Shown in pieces: positions 38,823 through 51,163 of a stretch of DNA of 64,000 bases. A program made the translations under genes and the position numbers. The notes beneath the pieces were generated by a model. The model worked only from the letters and a program-made list of their open reading frames with translations. It was not told the DNA's origin and searched no databases. Numbering within the stretch: the stretch's first letter is position 1; every line of letters starts with the position of its first letter. Location of the stretch: NCBI RefSeq assembly GCF_030144855.1, contig NC_082738.1, positions 64,976,001-65,040,000 on the forward strand, read 5' to 3'. The stretch is from Hypanus sabinus. Lineage: Eukaryota.

Positions 38823-41226
38823 CGAGACACACCTCTCCTATCACCACCCAGCCCAGATCCAGACGTTGCGCGAAGGGGGCGTCGAGTGGTCCATTGACCT
38901 GCTGCCTAACCTTGTGTACCTGGATAACATCTCTTCCTAATAGCAGGAGTATTTCCGCTTTCGGATCCAGTTCTGGGATGTGTTTGGCGATGTGGTGGAG
39001 ATGCGGCTGGTGTAGCACCGCACTTGGTGTCGGGATCTCAGCGCGGTTATTCATGATTTCATTGCACTCTAAGAGCGGAGGGAGACAGATGACGACTTTA
39101 CCATCCAGGGACTCGATCTGGATGCCTTCTGCCTTCCTTCCTTGGGTTTTCATGTTGCCTGAGCAAGTTTTGAGGTAGTATGGGAACCGCTCACTCTCAA
39201 TGTTGAACAATTTAAAGAACTCTGGACTGACTAGTGAACGATTGCTCTGATCGTCCAGAATCACATAGGCTTTGATGGCCTTGTCTTTGGCTCCTTTAGG
39301 GTACACCTTAGTGAGGCAGATCTTGGAACAAGAACGACTTGACTGAGCTTGATCGCAGACTTCTGTACAGTTCGAGCTGACAACTGTTGTCCTGGGGTGA
39401 GCCTCTCTGTCCCCGCCGTCCTGTTGTGGGGGAGAAGGAGCGCTGTCGGTTTGCAGTGACAGGCCGGGATGCATGGCCCCGACGTGATCCGTGCTATCAC
39501 ATTCCGGACACTTCACGGCGATCGTACACTCTCTGACGAGGTGAGAGGTTGAGGAACAGCATCTAAAACATATTCTGTTCTCCTTGAGAAGAGCCGTCCT
39601 CTCTTCAAGGGGTTTTTCCCTAAACATTCTGCATGCTTTCAGGGGGTGAGGTTTGTTATGCAATGGACAATACTCGCCAGGGTCGTTGTTAGTTGTAAGG
39701 GCTTCAGTCTTGAGCACTGACACGGGTTTATCAATGTTGAAAATATTCGAAGAGGATCTACCTGGACCCACGAGGCTAGGGTCGTTTTGCCTCTTCGCCT
39801 CCTTGCGCACAAACTCAGTGAGGTGCTCAAAGGGAGGGAATCGACCACCGTGCTCTTCCTTGTACTCTGAGGCAACAGTCAGCCACTTGTCCTGCAGCCC
39901 AAATGGAAGTTTGTCCACGATTGGTCTAATCCCGGATGGAGTATCTAGGTATACTAGACCAGCTGAATAGCCATCTTCTTTGGCGCCTTGGATCTCCATG
40001 AGTAAATCTCCGAATTCTCTTAACTTAAAGTGATCTTTGGCTGACACCTTAGGAAAGTTTTCCAGACGTCGATATAGCGCCGCTTCAATAATATCGGGGG
40101 CCCCATATCTCTCCCAAAGTCTCTCCCACGCTTCGCTTAAGGCTAGCTCAGGTTTGTTGATGTACACTGAACGCATGCGTCTCACCTGGTCGCGTGATTC
40201 TTTCCCCAGCCATTTCGCCATAAGGTCCAACCTTTGGGTTGCACTGAGCTGGACCCCGTCGATCACGTTGGTGAATGTGGAGTGCCATGCACGGTAATTT
40301 TCGGGTTTATCGTCAAACTGGTACAGTCCTGAAGTGACGAGATCCCGTCGTGCTAAATACTGCAGCGTGGGATCGGCTGTAAGCGGCATGCGGGCTGGAG
40401 AAGTACGTTGGCGCCTATATGACTGAGAACGCACGTTTCTCATGGAATTTGCCATCCTGGATTCAACCTCCGCGTCTCTTCGCATCGAACTTTGTAACTT
40501 TGGTGTCAAAGAATATCGGTTGTCAGCTCTTTCATTCTTGACTTCATCGCGGAGTCGCGAGGGTAAATTCTCTTCCTCGTAGCTGGGGAAGTTATCGAAT
40601 AGGTATGGAGAGGGGAGACGAGCCTGCCAGTCTGTTTGATATTGTACATAGTCGCTCGTGCGTTCCAGTCTGGTCCTTTCTAAAGCAGAACTTGCTTCGG
40701 TCAGATCACGCGACCCTTCAGCTTCTTCTATGTACTCTGCTTCCACCATGGCAGCTTCTCCTTCTCTTTCTAGCTGCAGCACTTGCAACTCTGTCGATAT
40801 TTTTTTCATTTCCAACTGGGTTTCGGCTTCTCTGGCGGCCTCTTCTCTTTGTCTGGCAGCCTCTTCTCTTTGTCTGGCGGCCCTTTCTTTCTGGATTTCG
40901 GCTTCTCTGGCAGCCTCTTCTCTTTGTCTGGCGGCCTTTTCTTTCTGGATTTCGACTTCTCTGGTGGCCTGTTTCATTTTCAAAACTGCTTCTTGTTTGG
41001 CGTAATGCAGTCGCACCTTGGCGGCTTCTGCCTTGGCTCTTGCCTGTGTGGACTTACTTGATGTCGTTCTACTGCCCTTGTCGCTGGGCGCCATCGACTT
41101 GATCCCGGATCGAGCTGACATTGCAGCACTTGGAACACCTGATAACGCCCGGGTGGGCTTACTTGATGTCGGTTTACTGCCCCTGTCGCTGGGCGGCCTC
41201 GACTTGATGCTGGATTGAGCTGACAT
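38704..41226 (-). CDS. BEL/Pao Gag plus aspartic protease (840 aa)
   Basis: Coiled-coil N-terminus, three Cys/His knuckles (CPLHNKPH..C, CFRCC...H..C, CPEC...H...H), protease AYVILDDQSNRSL. Confidence 0.85.
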   Translation of the reverse strand: MSAQSSIKSRPPSDRGSKPTSSKPTRALSGVPSAAMSARSGIKSMAPSDKGSRTTSSKSTQARAKAEAAKVRLHYAKQEAVLKMKQATREVEIQKEKAARQREEAAREAEIQKERAARQREEAARQREEAAREAETQLEMKKISTELQVLQLEREGEAAMVEAEYIEEAEGSRDLTEASSALERTRLERTSDYVQYQTDWQARLPSPYLFDNFPSYEEENLPSRLRDEVKNERADNRYSLTPKLQSSMRRDAEVESRMANSMRNVRSQSYRRQRTSPARMPLTADPTLQYLARRDLVTSGLYQFDDKPENYRAWHSTFTNVIDGVQLSATQRLDLMAKWLGKESRDQVRRMRSVYINKPELALSEAWERLWERYGAPDIIEAALYRRLENFPKVSAKDHFKLREFGDLLMEIQGAKEDGYSAGLVYLDTPSGIRPIVDKLPFGLQDKWLTVASEYKEEHGGRFPPFEHLTEFVRKEAKRQNDPSLVGPGRSSSNIFNIDKPVSVLKTEALTTNNDPGEYCPLHNKPHPLKACRMFREKPLEERTALLKENRICFRCCSSTSHLVRECTIAVKCPECDSTDHVGAMHPGLSLQTDSAPSPPQQDGGDREAHPRTTVVSSNCTEVCDQAQSSRSCSKICLTKVYPKGAKDKAIKAYVILDDQSNRSLVSPEFFKLFNIESERFPYYLKTCSGNMKTQGRKAEGIQIESLDGKVVICLPPLLECNEIMNNRAEIPTPSAVLHQPHLHHIAKHIPELDPKAEILLLLGRDVIQVHKVRQQVNGPLDAPFAQRLDLGWVVIGEVCLGDVHKPTVDTLDQCAREWPPFDFSTLHKFHVYQGSTTRR

Positions 41227-41264
41227 TGCAGCACTTGAAACACCTGATAATGCCGCTTTTTCAC

Positions 41265-41941
41265 TGTAACGTTCTCCTTCGCGTGTAAGTGATAACGTCG
41301 AATTTAACGTCGAGATAAACCACAGTCAATGAAACCAGATCGCAGTAAGATTAACCATTTACTGTTCACTCTTCACATTAACATATGGTGAAAACTGTTG
41401 ATAAAACAATACAAGATTGATACAGTATTTGTTCCTTCCTTAATATCACATTTCAAGTGTAAATACTTGCAAAGGTGACTATAACTACATTACACTAAGG
41501 TGCAGTATACAGGGAGAGTTTACCTGCTCCATTGACTACTTTAAATACACTTCCATGCAAACTATCCGCAACTCTTTAACTAACGAAAGCATAAACATTA
41601 TCTACCGTCGTTTCTTCTAACAGGATCGGCATTAACATCTTAGTTCAATATATCGATTATCGATTATTAACTTACAGCGTTGCTCTCACTGTGATTTCTC
41701 ATGCCTGCAAAACTGCTTCTGCTCAGGTGAGCCTCGTGGAAAGCCCCCACCCTCGCGCTAATTTCAAACCGGTGTTTTCCCACAAGACGCGGCGAAACCG
41801 GATGTGACGTCATCGCATGCCGATATATTTTACATGCAATGAATATACTTTAAACACTCCTAATTTTAACTAGAAAATACTATTGAATGAATTACTAAGC
41901 GAAAATATTATAAACTAAATAACTGTCGTAAAGACAGCACA
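41265..41941 (-). repeat. 5' LTR of the BEL element (677 bp)
   Basis: Direct repeat of 37209-37882 with at least 4 substitutions and a 3-bp indel. Confidence 0.92.
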
Positions 41942-41984
41942 GTTGGTTTGCAGGTGCAGCAGACAATCAAGAAGGCAAATGGAA

Positions 41985-44534
41985 GGTATTACCCAAAATT
42001 ATTTCAGATGATCAAACTGGTTTTATTAAAAATCGTTATTCTTTTTTTAACATGAGAAGATTGTTGAATATTGTTTATACTCCCTCACATGACACTTCAG
42101 AATGCGTGATTTCATTAGATGCGGAGAAAGCATTTGATAGAGTTGAATGGCCTTACTTATTTAATGTGTTGGAGAAGTTTAATTTTAGTCCGATATTTAT
42201 ATCATGGATTAAATTGATTTATCATACTCCATTAGCCTCAGTGTTTACCAATAATCAAAGATCTCCCTTTTTTCGCTTATTTCGGGGCACTAGACAAGGA
42301 TGTCCTCTTAGTCCATTACTATTTAACATTGCCTTAGAACCTTTGGCAATTGCCATCAGACAATCACAGGATATTTTGGGTATTAATCGTGGGACAGATA
42401 TTCATAAGTTATCTTTGTATGCAGATGATTTATTACTATTCATTTCTAACCCGGAGAAATCCATTCCAGCAGTTTTATCATTATTGGCTCAATTTAGTGA
42501 GTTTTCTGGGTATAAGTTAAATCTTAATAAAAGTGAATTGTTTCCTTTGAATAAACGGGTCCCAATTTATGGAAATTTACCTTTTAAATTAGTTAATGAC
42601 TCTTTTACTTATTTAGGGATCAAAATCACAAAAAACCATAAAGATTTATTTAGATTTAATTTTTTACCCTTAATTGATCAGATTAAAGATTTGTTTACTG
42701 AGTGGTCACCTTTATCTTTCTATCCCTAATAGGTAGGATTAATGCTATTAAGGTGGTTATTTTACCTAAGTTTTTATATATTTTTCAAGCGATACCAATT
42801 TTTATCCCGAAATCTTTTTTTACTAATGTTGACTCTAAAATTTCTTCATATATATGGCAGAATAAAAATCCCAGGTTAGATAAAACATATTTACAGAAGA
42901 CAAAAAAGGAAGGCGGGTTAGCATTACCTAATTTCAGATTTTACTATTGGGCAGTTAATATTAGATATTTGTTATGTTGGTTGAAAGATGGGGGTGGATC
43001 TTTTGGCCCTTGTTGGGTGAGTTTAGAAACTAAATCGGTATCAGCTTATGCTCTGGGTTCTATTTTAGGGACTTCTCTCCCTTTTGCTCTTTCTAAATTG
43101 TCGAAACGAATTGACAACCCGATAGTTAAACATACTTTGCGTATATGGTTTCAATTTCGGAGATTTTTTGGGTTGACTCAATTCGTTTTAAATAGTCCTA
43201 TTGTATCTAATTGTTTTTTTCACCCTTCCATTATAGATCAAGCTTATTTGGCTTGGAAAACTAAGGGATTAATAAGATTTTCTGATTTATTTTTAGACAA
43301 TTGTTTCATGTCTTTTGAGCAATTATCCAACAAATATAACTTGCCTAGATTTCATTTTTTTAGATATTTACAGATTAGACATTTTTTAAGTTCTGTACTC
43401 TCTACGTTTCCGAATTTTGTGCCTTCAGATATTTTGGAGAGTTTATTTGAATTAGACCCTTCTCAAACGGGGCTTATTTCAAAACTTTATAATATAATTA
43501 TGAAGATACGTTCAGAGCCTCTTTATAAGACTAAAAAGGATTGGGAAAGAGAGCTTAGTCTTAGTATTTCTAGTGAGAATTGGGATAGAATTCTTCAATT
43601 AGTTAATACATCATCGTTATGTGCCATACATTCACTAATACAATTTAAGGTCGTACATAGGGCCCATATGTCCAAGGATAAATTAGCTCATTTTTACTCT
43701 CCTATTAGTCCTATTTGTGATAGATGTCATTCTGAAATTGCGTCTTTAACTCGTATGTTTTGGTCTTGTTCATTTTTGGAGAAATATTGGAAAGATATTT
43801 TTGATATTATTTCTGCGGTTTTGAATATCGATTTACAACCTCATCCTATTACCGCAATTTTTGGCTTACCAATCTTAGACTCACTGCATTTATCTTCTTC
43901 TGCCTGTCGAATGATTGCATTTCTAACTCTGATGGCTAGAAGATCTATATTGTTGAATTGGAAAGAAATTAATCCTCCCACTGTATTTGATTGGTTCTCT
44001 CAAACTATGTTATGTTTAAATTTAGAAAAAATTAGAAGTGGTACTTTTGAGACTTCTATTAAATTTGAAAAGTTATGGAGACCATTTATTCAACATTTTC
44101 ATATGATGTAATATGACCCTGTGCCAAGTTCATTTGATTTCCCAGCTTTTAGCTTATGGATTTTGAGAGGACCGGAAGTGACGGCATTGATGAATACTTA
44201 TTTTTGTGAGATATTATAAACAGCCCCCTTTTTTTCTCTTTTTTGCTTCTTTTTTCTTCTATATTAGTTATTAGATTAGCTAGTTTGGCATTATATTTTT
44301 TTTGTTTTATTTTCTTTTTTCTGTTTTCTTTATATCATATATTATGAAATATTTAGACTTACTATGTTCATACATATATTTTATGGCTTATGTTTTGGTA
44401 AACTCATTTATATTGTAACTATTATGTATGTTTTTTTTATATGTAATGGAATTTATATGTTGGTAATTTCTTTATCAATATATCATTTGTGTTCTGTCCA
44501 TATTACTAATATTAATAAAAAGATTTAGAAAGAA
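41985..44534 (+). mobile_element. 5'-truncated L1-clade LINE (ORF2 RT to C-terminal Zn knuckle, one frameshift)
   Basis: SLDAEKAFD, GTRQGCPLSPLLF, LYADD, CDRC...MFWSC; aataaa + (gaaa) tail; 16-bp TSD aagaaggcaaatggaa (41969-84 / 44535-50). Confidence 0.92.
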
Positions 44535-44550
44535 AAGAAGGCAAATGGAA

Positions 44551-45160
44551 TGTTGACTTTCATTACTAGAGAGATTGAATTTAAGAGCGAGGGGGTTATG
44601 CTGCAACTGTACAATGTACTTACTGATGAGGCTGCATCTGGAGTACTGCATGACGTTCTGGTCTCCTGAACTGAAAGATTTTCTGTCTTTGGAGGCGGCG
44701 CAGAGGAGGTTCACCAGTTTCTAGAGGTGGTAAGGTTATACTATCGAGTAGAGCCTGGGACTGTACTTGCTGGAATTCAGAAGGATGAGAGGAGATCTTG
44801 TTTAAAAAAAAAACATAAAATTGTAAAAGGGATAGATAAGATAGAGGCAGGAAAGTTGCTTGCGCTGATGGGTGAGACTAGAACTAGGGGACACAGCCTC
44901 GATAAGAGGGAGTAAATTTAGGACACAGATGAGGAGGAACTGCTTTTCCCAGAGAGTGATGAATCTGGAATTCTCTGCCCAATGAAGCAGTGGAGTCTTC
45001 CTCATAATTGTATTTAAGACAAGGTTGGATAGATTTTAGGGGAATTAAGGGTGATAGGGAAAACGCAGGTAGGTGGAGATGTGTCTGTGGTCATATCAGC
45101 CATGATCTTGTTGAATAGTAGAGCAGGCTCGAAGGTCCAGGTGGCCTACTCTTGCTCCTT
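44551..45160 (+). mobile_element. CR1 3' fragment; continuation of 36960-37208 and 41947-41984, host to the BEL and L1 insertions
   Basis: The CR1 reading KVGLQVQQTIKKANG continues as MLTFITREIEFKS after the L1. Confidence 0.75.
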
Positions 45161-45225
45161 TTCTTGTCTTTTATTATGTTCTTTCATATTTAGACCTGAA
45201 AATTGTAAGCATTACACTATCATAG

Positions 45226-45666
<441 letters not shown>

Positions 45667-45774
45667 TAAAGCCTAGCTTGAATTTGTGGAATATCCTGCC
45701 CGTCAGGATAGAAACACTTATTCCAATGAGTTTCCCCATTACAGATCATGTTGGATCTGTCAGCTTGTTCATTT

Positions 45775-45910
45775 CCTCCTTAAAAAGCACTTGCTTTGTC
45801 TGTTCTCAGTGGCTCAGTGAGTTGTCGAGGGGAGGCAAAGGAACACATAGCTTTTGGGTGAGGTGGCAGCTGCCATGTGCTGTTTAATCTCAATCAGTTA
45901 TGTGACATTT
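45775..45910 (+). ncRNA. SNORA21: H/ACA box snoRNA SNORA21 in RPL23 intron 4
   Basis: Same sequence as 20559-20694; H box AAAGGA, ACA at 45905-07. Confidence 0.88.
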
Positions 45911-46286
45911 TCTATATAGTCACTTTCCAACATCAGTAAACCTGAGGCATTTGGGTTGGCACTGTGAAAATGAGTTAATTCAGTGTTATAATCAATTTGC
46001 ATAAAGATTCTTGGTTTCATTGGAGGATTGTATTTCTTTTGGCTTCCACTTCTAGGAAAGTTAGAAAGGGATGTGGGTTCTATCCAGTCACCCCTAAATT
46101 TTTAAACTGAGGGAAGAACTAACAACAGCTTGTAACCAGTTGAATTTGTCCTCTTGGTTCTGCTGCTGTTGATCTTTTCTGCACCATCATGTGGATGTGG
46201 TCATCATTTGTGTTCGTGGTGCTCCAGGTGTGAACTTAACAAAGTTGCATTCAGTTTTAATGTGACTTGTCTGCTTCCATTCTTGA

Positions 46287-46442
<156 letters not shown>

Positions 46443-46473
46443 GAACTGTAAAGGCTTAAGCTGTCTACAATTC

Positions 46474-46479
46474 AATAAA
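46474..46479 (+). terminator. RPL23 polyadenylation signal AATAAA (also at 21258-21263)
   Basis: AATAAA 31 nt after the stop codon. Confidence 0.75.
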
Positions 46480-47083
46480 TTTTTTTCCATCCAGAAACAC
46501 GATTTCTGATTTATTTTTGACTTTCATTCGCAGTGTTCTGTAAGTAGAAGTTAAATATAAAGTACACCAGATAAGCACAGGTGTGCAATGAAAAGCTTGC
46601 AAAAGGAACATTCTGGCATTGGGTAATGTACATTGTTGAATGATCACAGACACAACATATAAGCTGTGTTCACAAGTAAAACAATTGTCTTCAAGAAAGA
46701 ACACAACTTGGACAAAAACAGTTAGTTTAAGTACAGTGATGAAATGCACTCCTTGTCTTTGCTTTCTGGTATAATTAATATTTTGTGTATTGTCTATCTA
46801 CCTGTCTGATGTTGCTACAAGCTACTTTTAGCAAAATGTACTAAACTCATTTTAAATGTTCAAGGTAAAGTACATATGTCGGCATAAAGAGCCCCAAGGT
46901 TCATTTTCTTGCAGGCATACTCAGCAAGTCCAATAAATGCAACAAATCAATGAAAGAGCACACCAAACAAGATGAACAACCAACCAAATGTGCAAGACAA
47001 CAAACTCCAAATACAGAAGATAATAAAAGCCTGAGTCAGTTTTGGAGTCTAAGTTACATTACAGCTGATCCATGATTTCAGAT

Positions 47084-47360
47084 ATGTGGTGCGTGGCCAA
47101 GTGGCCAAGGCGTTGGACTCGCGATCTGAAGGTCGTGAGTTTGAGCCCCAATCGAGGCAGCATGTTATGTCCTTAAGCAAGGCATTTAACCACAAATTGC
47201 TTCAGTACCGTGCCGGGATTAACCTCGTGATAGACTGGTGTCCTATCAGGAAGTGGGAGGTGGAGGAGTCTCGTACTCTCAGTCGCTTTGCGCCATGGAC
47301 ACCGGCATAAGCACCAGCCTGATGAGCCTCTAAGGCTCCGGACAGACTTTAATTTTAATT
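47084..47360 (+). mobile_element. tRNA-derived SINE, duplicate of 21868-22144
   Basis: Same sequence at offset +25216. Confidence 0.8.
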
Positions 47361-50300
47361 ATTTCAGATGGTCTGGAAATAAAACGTGGGATAAACAAGC
47401 AAGAACAACTTACTAAATAGACATAGCCATCTTACACACATAACTTACAGAAATCAATCAGTGAAAAACACCAGAAAATGCTGAATTGAGGAAATTGAAA
47501 GACTTTGGAACATTGTCCCAATGGCAATGTCTACAACTGGTATCCCAAATTCACCACATCATAGCATTAAACAATTTGGACCACACAGCAATATCCATGT
47601 AAACCTTCAGAAAGCTGCAATAGTAAACACCATTAGAATAGTCTGAATGTTACTGGCAAGTGATAAATGAGTATGCTTGGCTAAAACCTTGGGTTTTACC
47701 TGCTTGAGCGGAGACCAAAAGTGTTTGGGTTGTGGGTACAATTCAGTGAGCTGGCATGTGGGGTTGAGTGAAATTATCCACTCTGGTTCAAGAGCTTGAT
47801 ATTTCATGGGTAATAACTTGAACCTGCTGATGTGAGTCCTGAGGCATCTGTACCTTCCTGATGGCAGCAATGAGAATAGAACATAGCCTGGGAAGTGGAG
47901 GTCTTTGATCATGGATGCTACTGGCATGTGACAGCACTCCTTGTAGATGTGCTCAATGGTGGGGAGGGCTTTACCTGTAGTGGACTTGATTCAAAAAACA
48001 AATTCTCAGATGAACCCATTCCAGATAAAGACTAGAGATCCAAAACGTCAAACTTGCCTCTTATCTTCTTCTCCCCCCCCCCCCCCCCTTCCACAAATGC
48101 TACCAGGTGACCCACTTGTTTCCTCCAGCCTTTTCCTTGTCCAGATTTCAGCATATGTACTCTGGGCAGACACTACCTGTGCTGAATTCCTGACAAACAT
48201 TGCAGATACGGCTGCGAATGAAATAGCTTTATTTACAAAACACAAACTTTATTCTTGATAAAATCTACATACAAAAAAGTGCTAAACTCTTTACATTCTT
48301 AATATTAAGTAATGTTTGAACCCTCCTTCCTCTGGCTTTTAATGGTGTTGGCAGTCCAAATTATAGGTTCACTACTGCCACCAACTGGACTTGAGTGTGG
48401 GCTAGAGAATTTGGAATTGCAACCTCTACTAGTGCACTTACTCAGTGCTAAGAAGGTGTCTGGTGTGTTGGCATTCATCAACCGTGGGATTGAGTTCAAG
48501 AGCCATGAGAACGTTAGAGCTATATAGGACCCCAGTTGGAGTACTGTGTTCAGTGCTGGTCACCTCACTACAGGAAGAAAGTGGATAGAGAGAGTGCAGA
48601 GGAGATTTACAAGGATGTTGCCTGAATTGAAGGGCGTGCCTTAAGAGAACAGGTTGTGAACTTGGCCTTTTCTCCATGGCTTGACGGAGGATGAGAGGAG
48701 ACCTGATAGGTGCATGGGAGGATAGAGAGGCATTGATTTTGTGGATAGTCTTGAGACTATTTCCCAGGGCTGAAATGGCTAACACAAGGGGCATAGTTTT
48801 AAGGTGCTTGGCAATAGGTACCGAGGGGATGTCGGAGTTAAGTTTATCCACACAGAGAGTGGTGGGTGTGTGGAATGCACTGCCGGCAGTGGTGGTGGAA
48901 GCGGATACAATAGGGTCTTTTAAAAGCCTCTTAGATAGTAGGTACATTGAGCTTAAAAAAATAGAGCGCTTTGCGCTAGGGAAATTCTAGCCGGTTTCTA
49001 GAGTAGGTTATATAGCTGGCACAATATTGTGGGCCCAAGGGCCAGTAATGTGCTGTAGACCTCCATGTTCATCAACTGAAAACCAAATTACCCCAAAAAA
49101 CCCAATAGATTTTAAATAATGAAGGACAATATTCTGAATTAAAGTCACTTCCATAACTTAAAAGTTTTTAAATTGAAAACTATCAACCCCCAAAGATAGT
49201 ACTGCAGCCTGCATTTGCTTTATTTCAAACTTGAATGCTTCACATTGTAAAAGAATATGTTAAACTGTTTCATAACGATGACAAAACCTACACGTCCCAA
49301 AATGATGATCTCTAACAAGATACAAAGAAAAATTAAGCATAGGATGCCCCATTTTAAGTCAAATCAATATAATTTCTTCCCTTCTTGTCTTACCCCCTTC
49401 TCACATGAGTTTTATGTATTCTGTAAAGGTGTCTCCCCTTATGTCCATTATCTCTCAGGTCTTGCCATAATCCCCTAATTCTTAGCCCCATTGACCCCTT
49501 AGCTTCTGATTTGCTAAGACTTCATCCTCCACAACCGTAAAAGTAATTGTTCTATTTCAACAAATAAAGCTGAAATGGGATAACCTTACCGCCCACAACA
49601 GTCTTATAGCCTGAGCTTGTGTCACATCCAAACATTTTCAATTTGAAGACAAAGCTGATCCATAAGTCACATAGTCATAATCAAGTCAAGTCGAGTCACT
49701 TTTCATTGTCATTTCGACCATAACTGCTGGTACAGTGCACAGTGAAAACGAGACAATGTTTTTCAGGGCCATGGTGCTACATGAAACAATACAAAAACTA
49801 CACCGAACTATGTAAAACAACACAAAATAGTACACTAGACTACAGACCTACCCAGGACTGCATAAAGTGCACAAAACAGTGCAGGCATTACAATAAATAA
49901 TAAGACAATAGGCACAGTAGAGGGCAGTAAGTTGGTGTCAGTCAAGACTCTGGGTATTCAGGAGTCTGATAGCTTGGGGGAAGAAACTGTTACAAAGTCT
50001 TGGCGTGAGAACCCAAATGCTTCAGTGCCTTTTTCCAGACGGCAGGAGGGAAAGGTGTTTGTATGAGGGGTGTGTGGGGTCCTTCATAATGCTGTTTGCA
50101 GATGCAACGTGTAGTGTAAATGCCTGTAATGGCGGGAAGAGAGACCCCAACGATCTCAGCTGACCTCACTATCCGCTGCAGGGTCTTGCGATCTGAGATG
50201 GTGCAATTTCTGAACCAGGCAGTGATGCAGCTGCTCAGGATGCTCTCAATACAACCCCTGTAGAATGTGGTGAGGATGGGGCAGTGGGAGATATACTTTC

Positions 50301-51163
50301 CTCAGCCTTCACAGAAAGTAGAGATGCTGCTGGGCTTTCTTTGTTATGGAGCTGGTGTTGAGGGACCAGGTGAGATTCTCTGTGAGGTGAACACCAACAA
50401 ATTTGGTGCTCTTAATGACCTCTACCGAGGAGCCGTCGATGTTCAGCGGAGAGTTGTCGCTCCGTGCCCTCCTGAAGTCAACAACCATCTCTTGTTCACA
50501 CTAAGAGACAAGCTGTTTGCTCTGCACCAGTCTCTTAGCTGCTGCACCTCCTCTCTGTATGCTGACTCATCGTTCTTGCTGATGAGACCCACCACAGTCA
50601 TGTAATTGACAAACTTGATGATATGGTTTGAGCTGTGTGTTGCAGCACAGTCGTGGGTCAGCAGAGTGAACAGCAGTGGACTGAGCACACAGCCCTGGGG
50701 GGGGGGGGGGGGCTGTGATAATCAAGTACCGATCTAGTTAAACAAAATAGTCAACAGGGATTTTCGTGTAGTACCCAAGGATATTTAATGCCACTTTACC
50801 TTTGTCAATTATCTTACTGATATTGTGCTTCCATGTCAGATTATTATCCAGCCACTTGCTTACCACTGACCTTCTTCAAGAGTCTGACTATATAATTTCA
50901 AATTAAGTGTAGGTCTATTGATCCTCTCTGTAAAACATATAAGTTGTGTTTTAGCTACTGAAAGCTAAAAACCCCAACTATTTGCCCACTGTTCAACCTT
51001 ATTAACCGCTAATTGTATCCTACATACAATTAAATTGATTCTTTCCTCTGATCCGTAAAGCACCATCTTCAAAAAATGACTTACCCCTCTCAGAGAAATA
51101 ATCATTAATTATCATATTAAACAATAAAGAGCTACAAATACTGCCTTGTGGGGTCCCATTCTC

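Larger units (their letters stand above)
37209..41941 (-). mobile_element. Internally deleted BEL/Pao LTR retrotransposon in RPL23 intron 3
   Basis: TG...CA LTRs, 5-bp TSD GTTGG (37204-08 / 41942-46), Gag-protease ORF and integrase C-terminal remnant; empty site at 62423-27. Confidence 0.93.
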
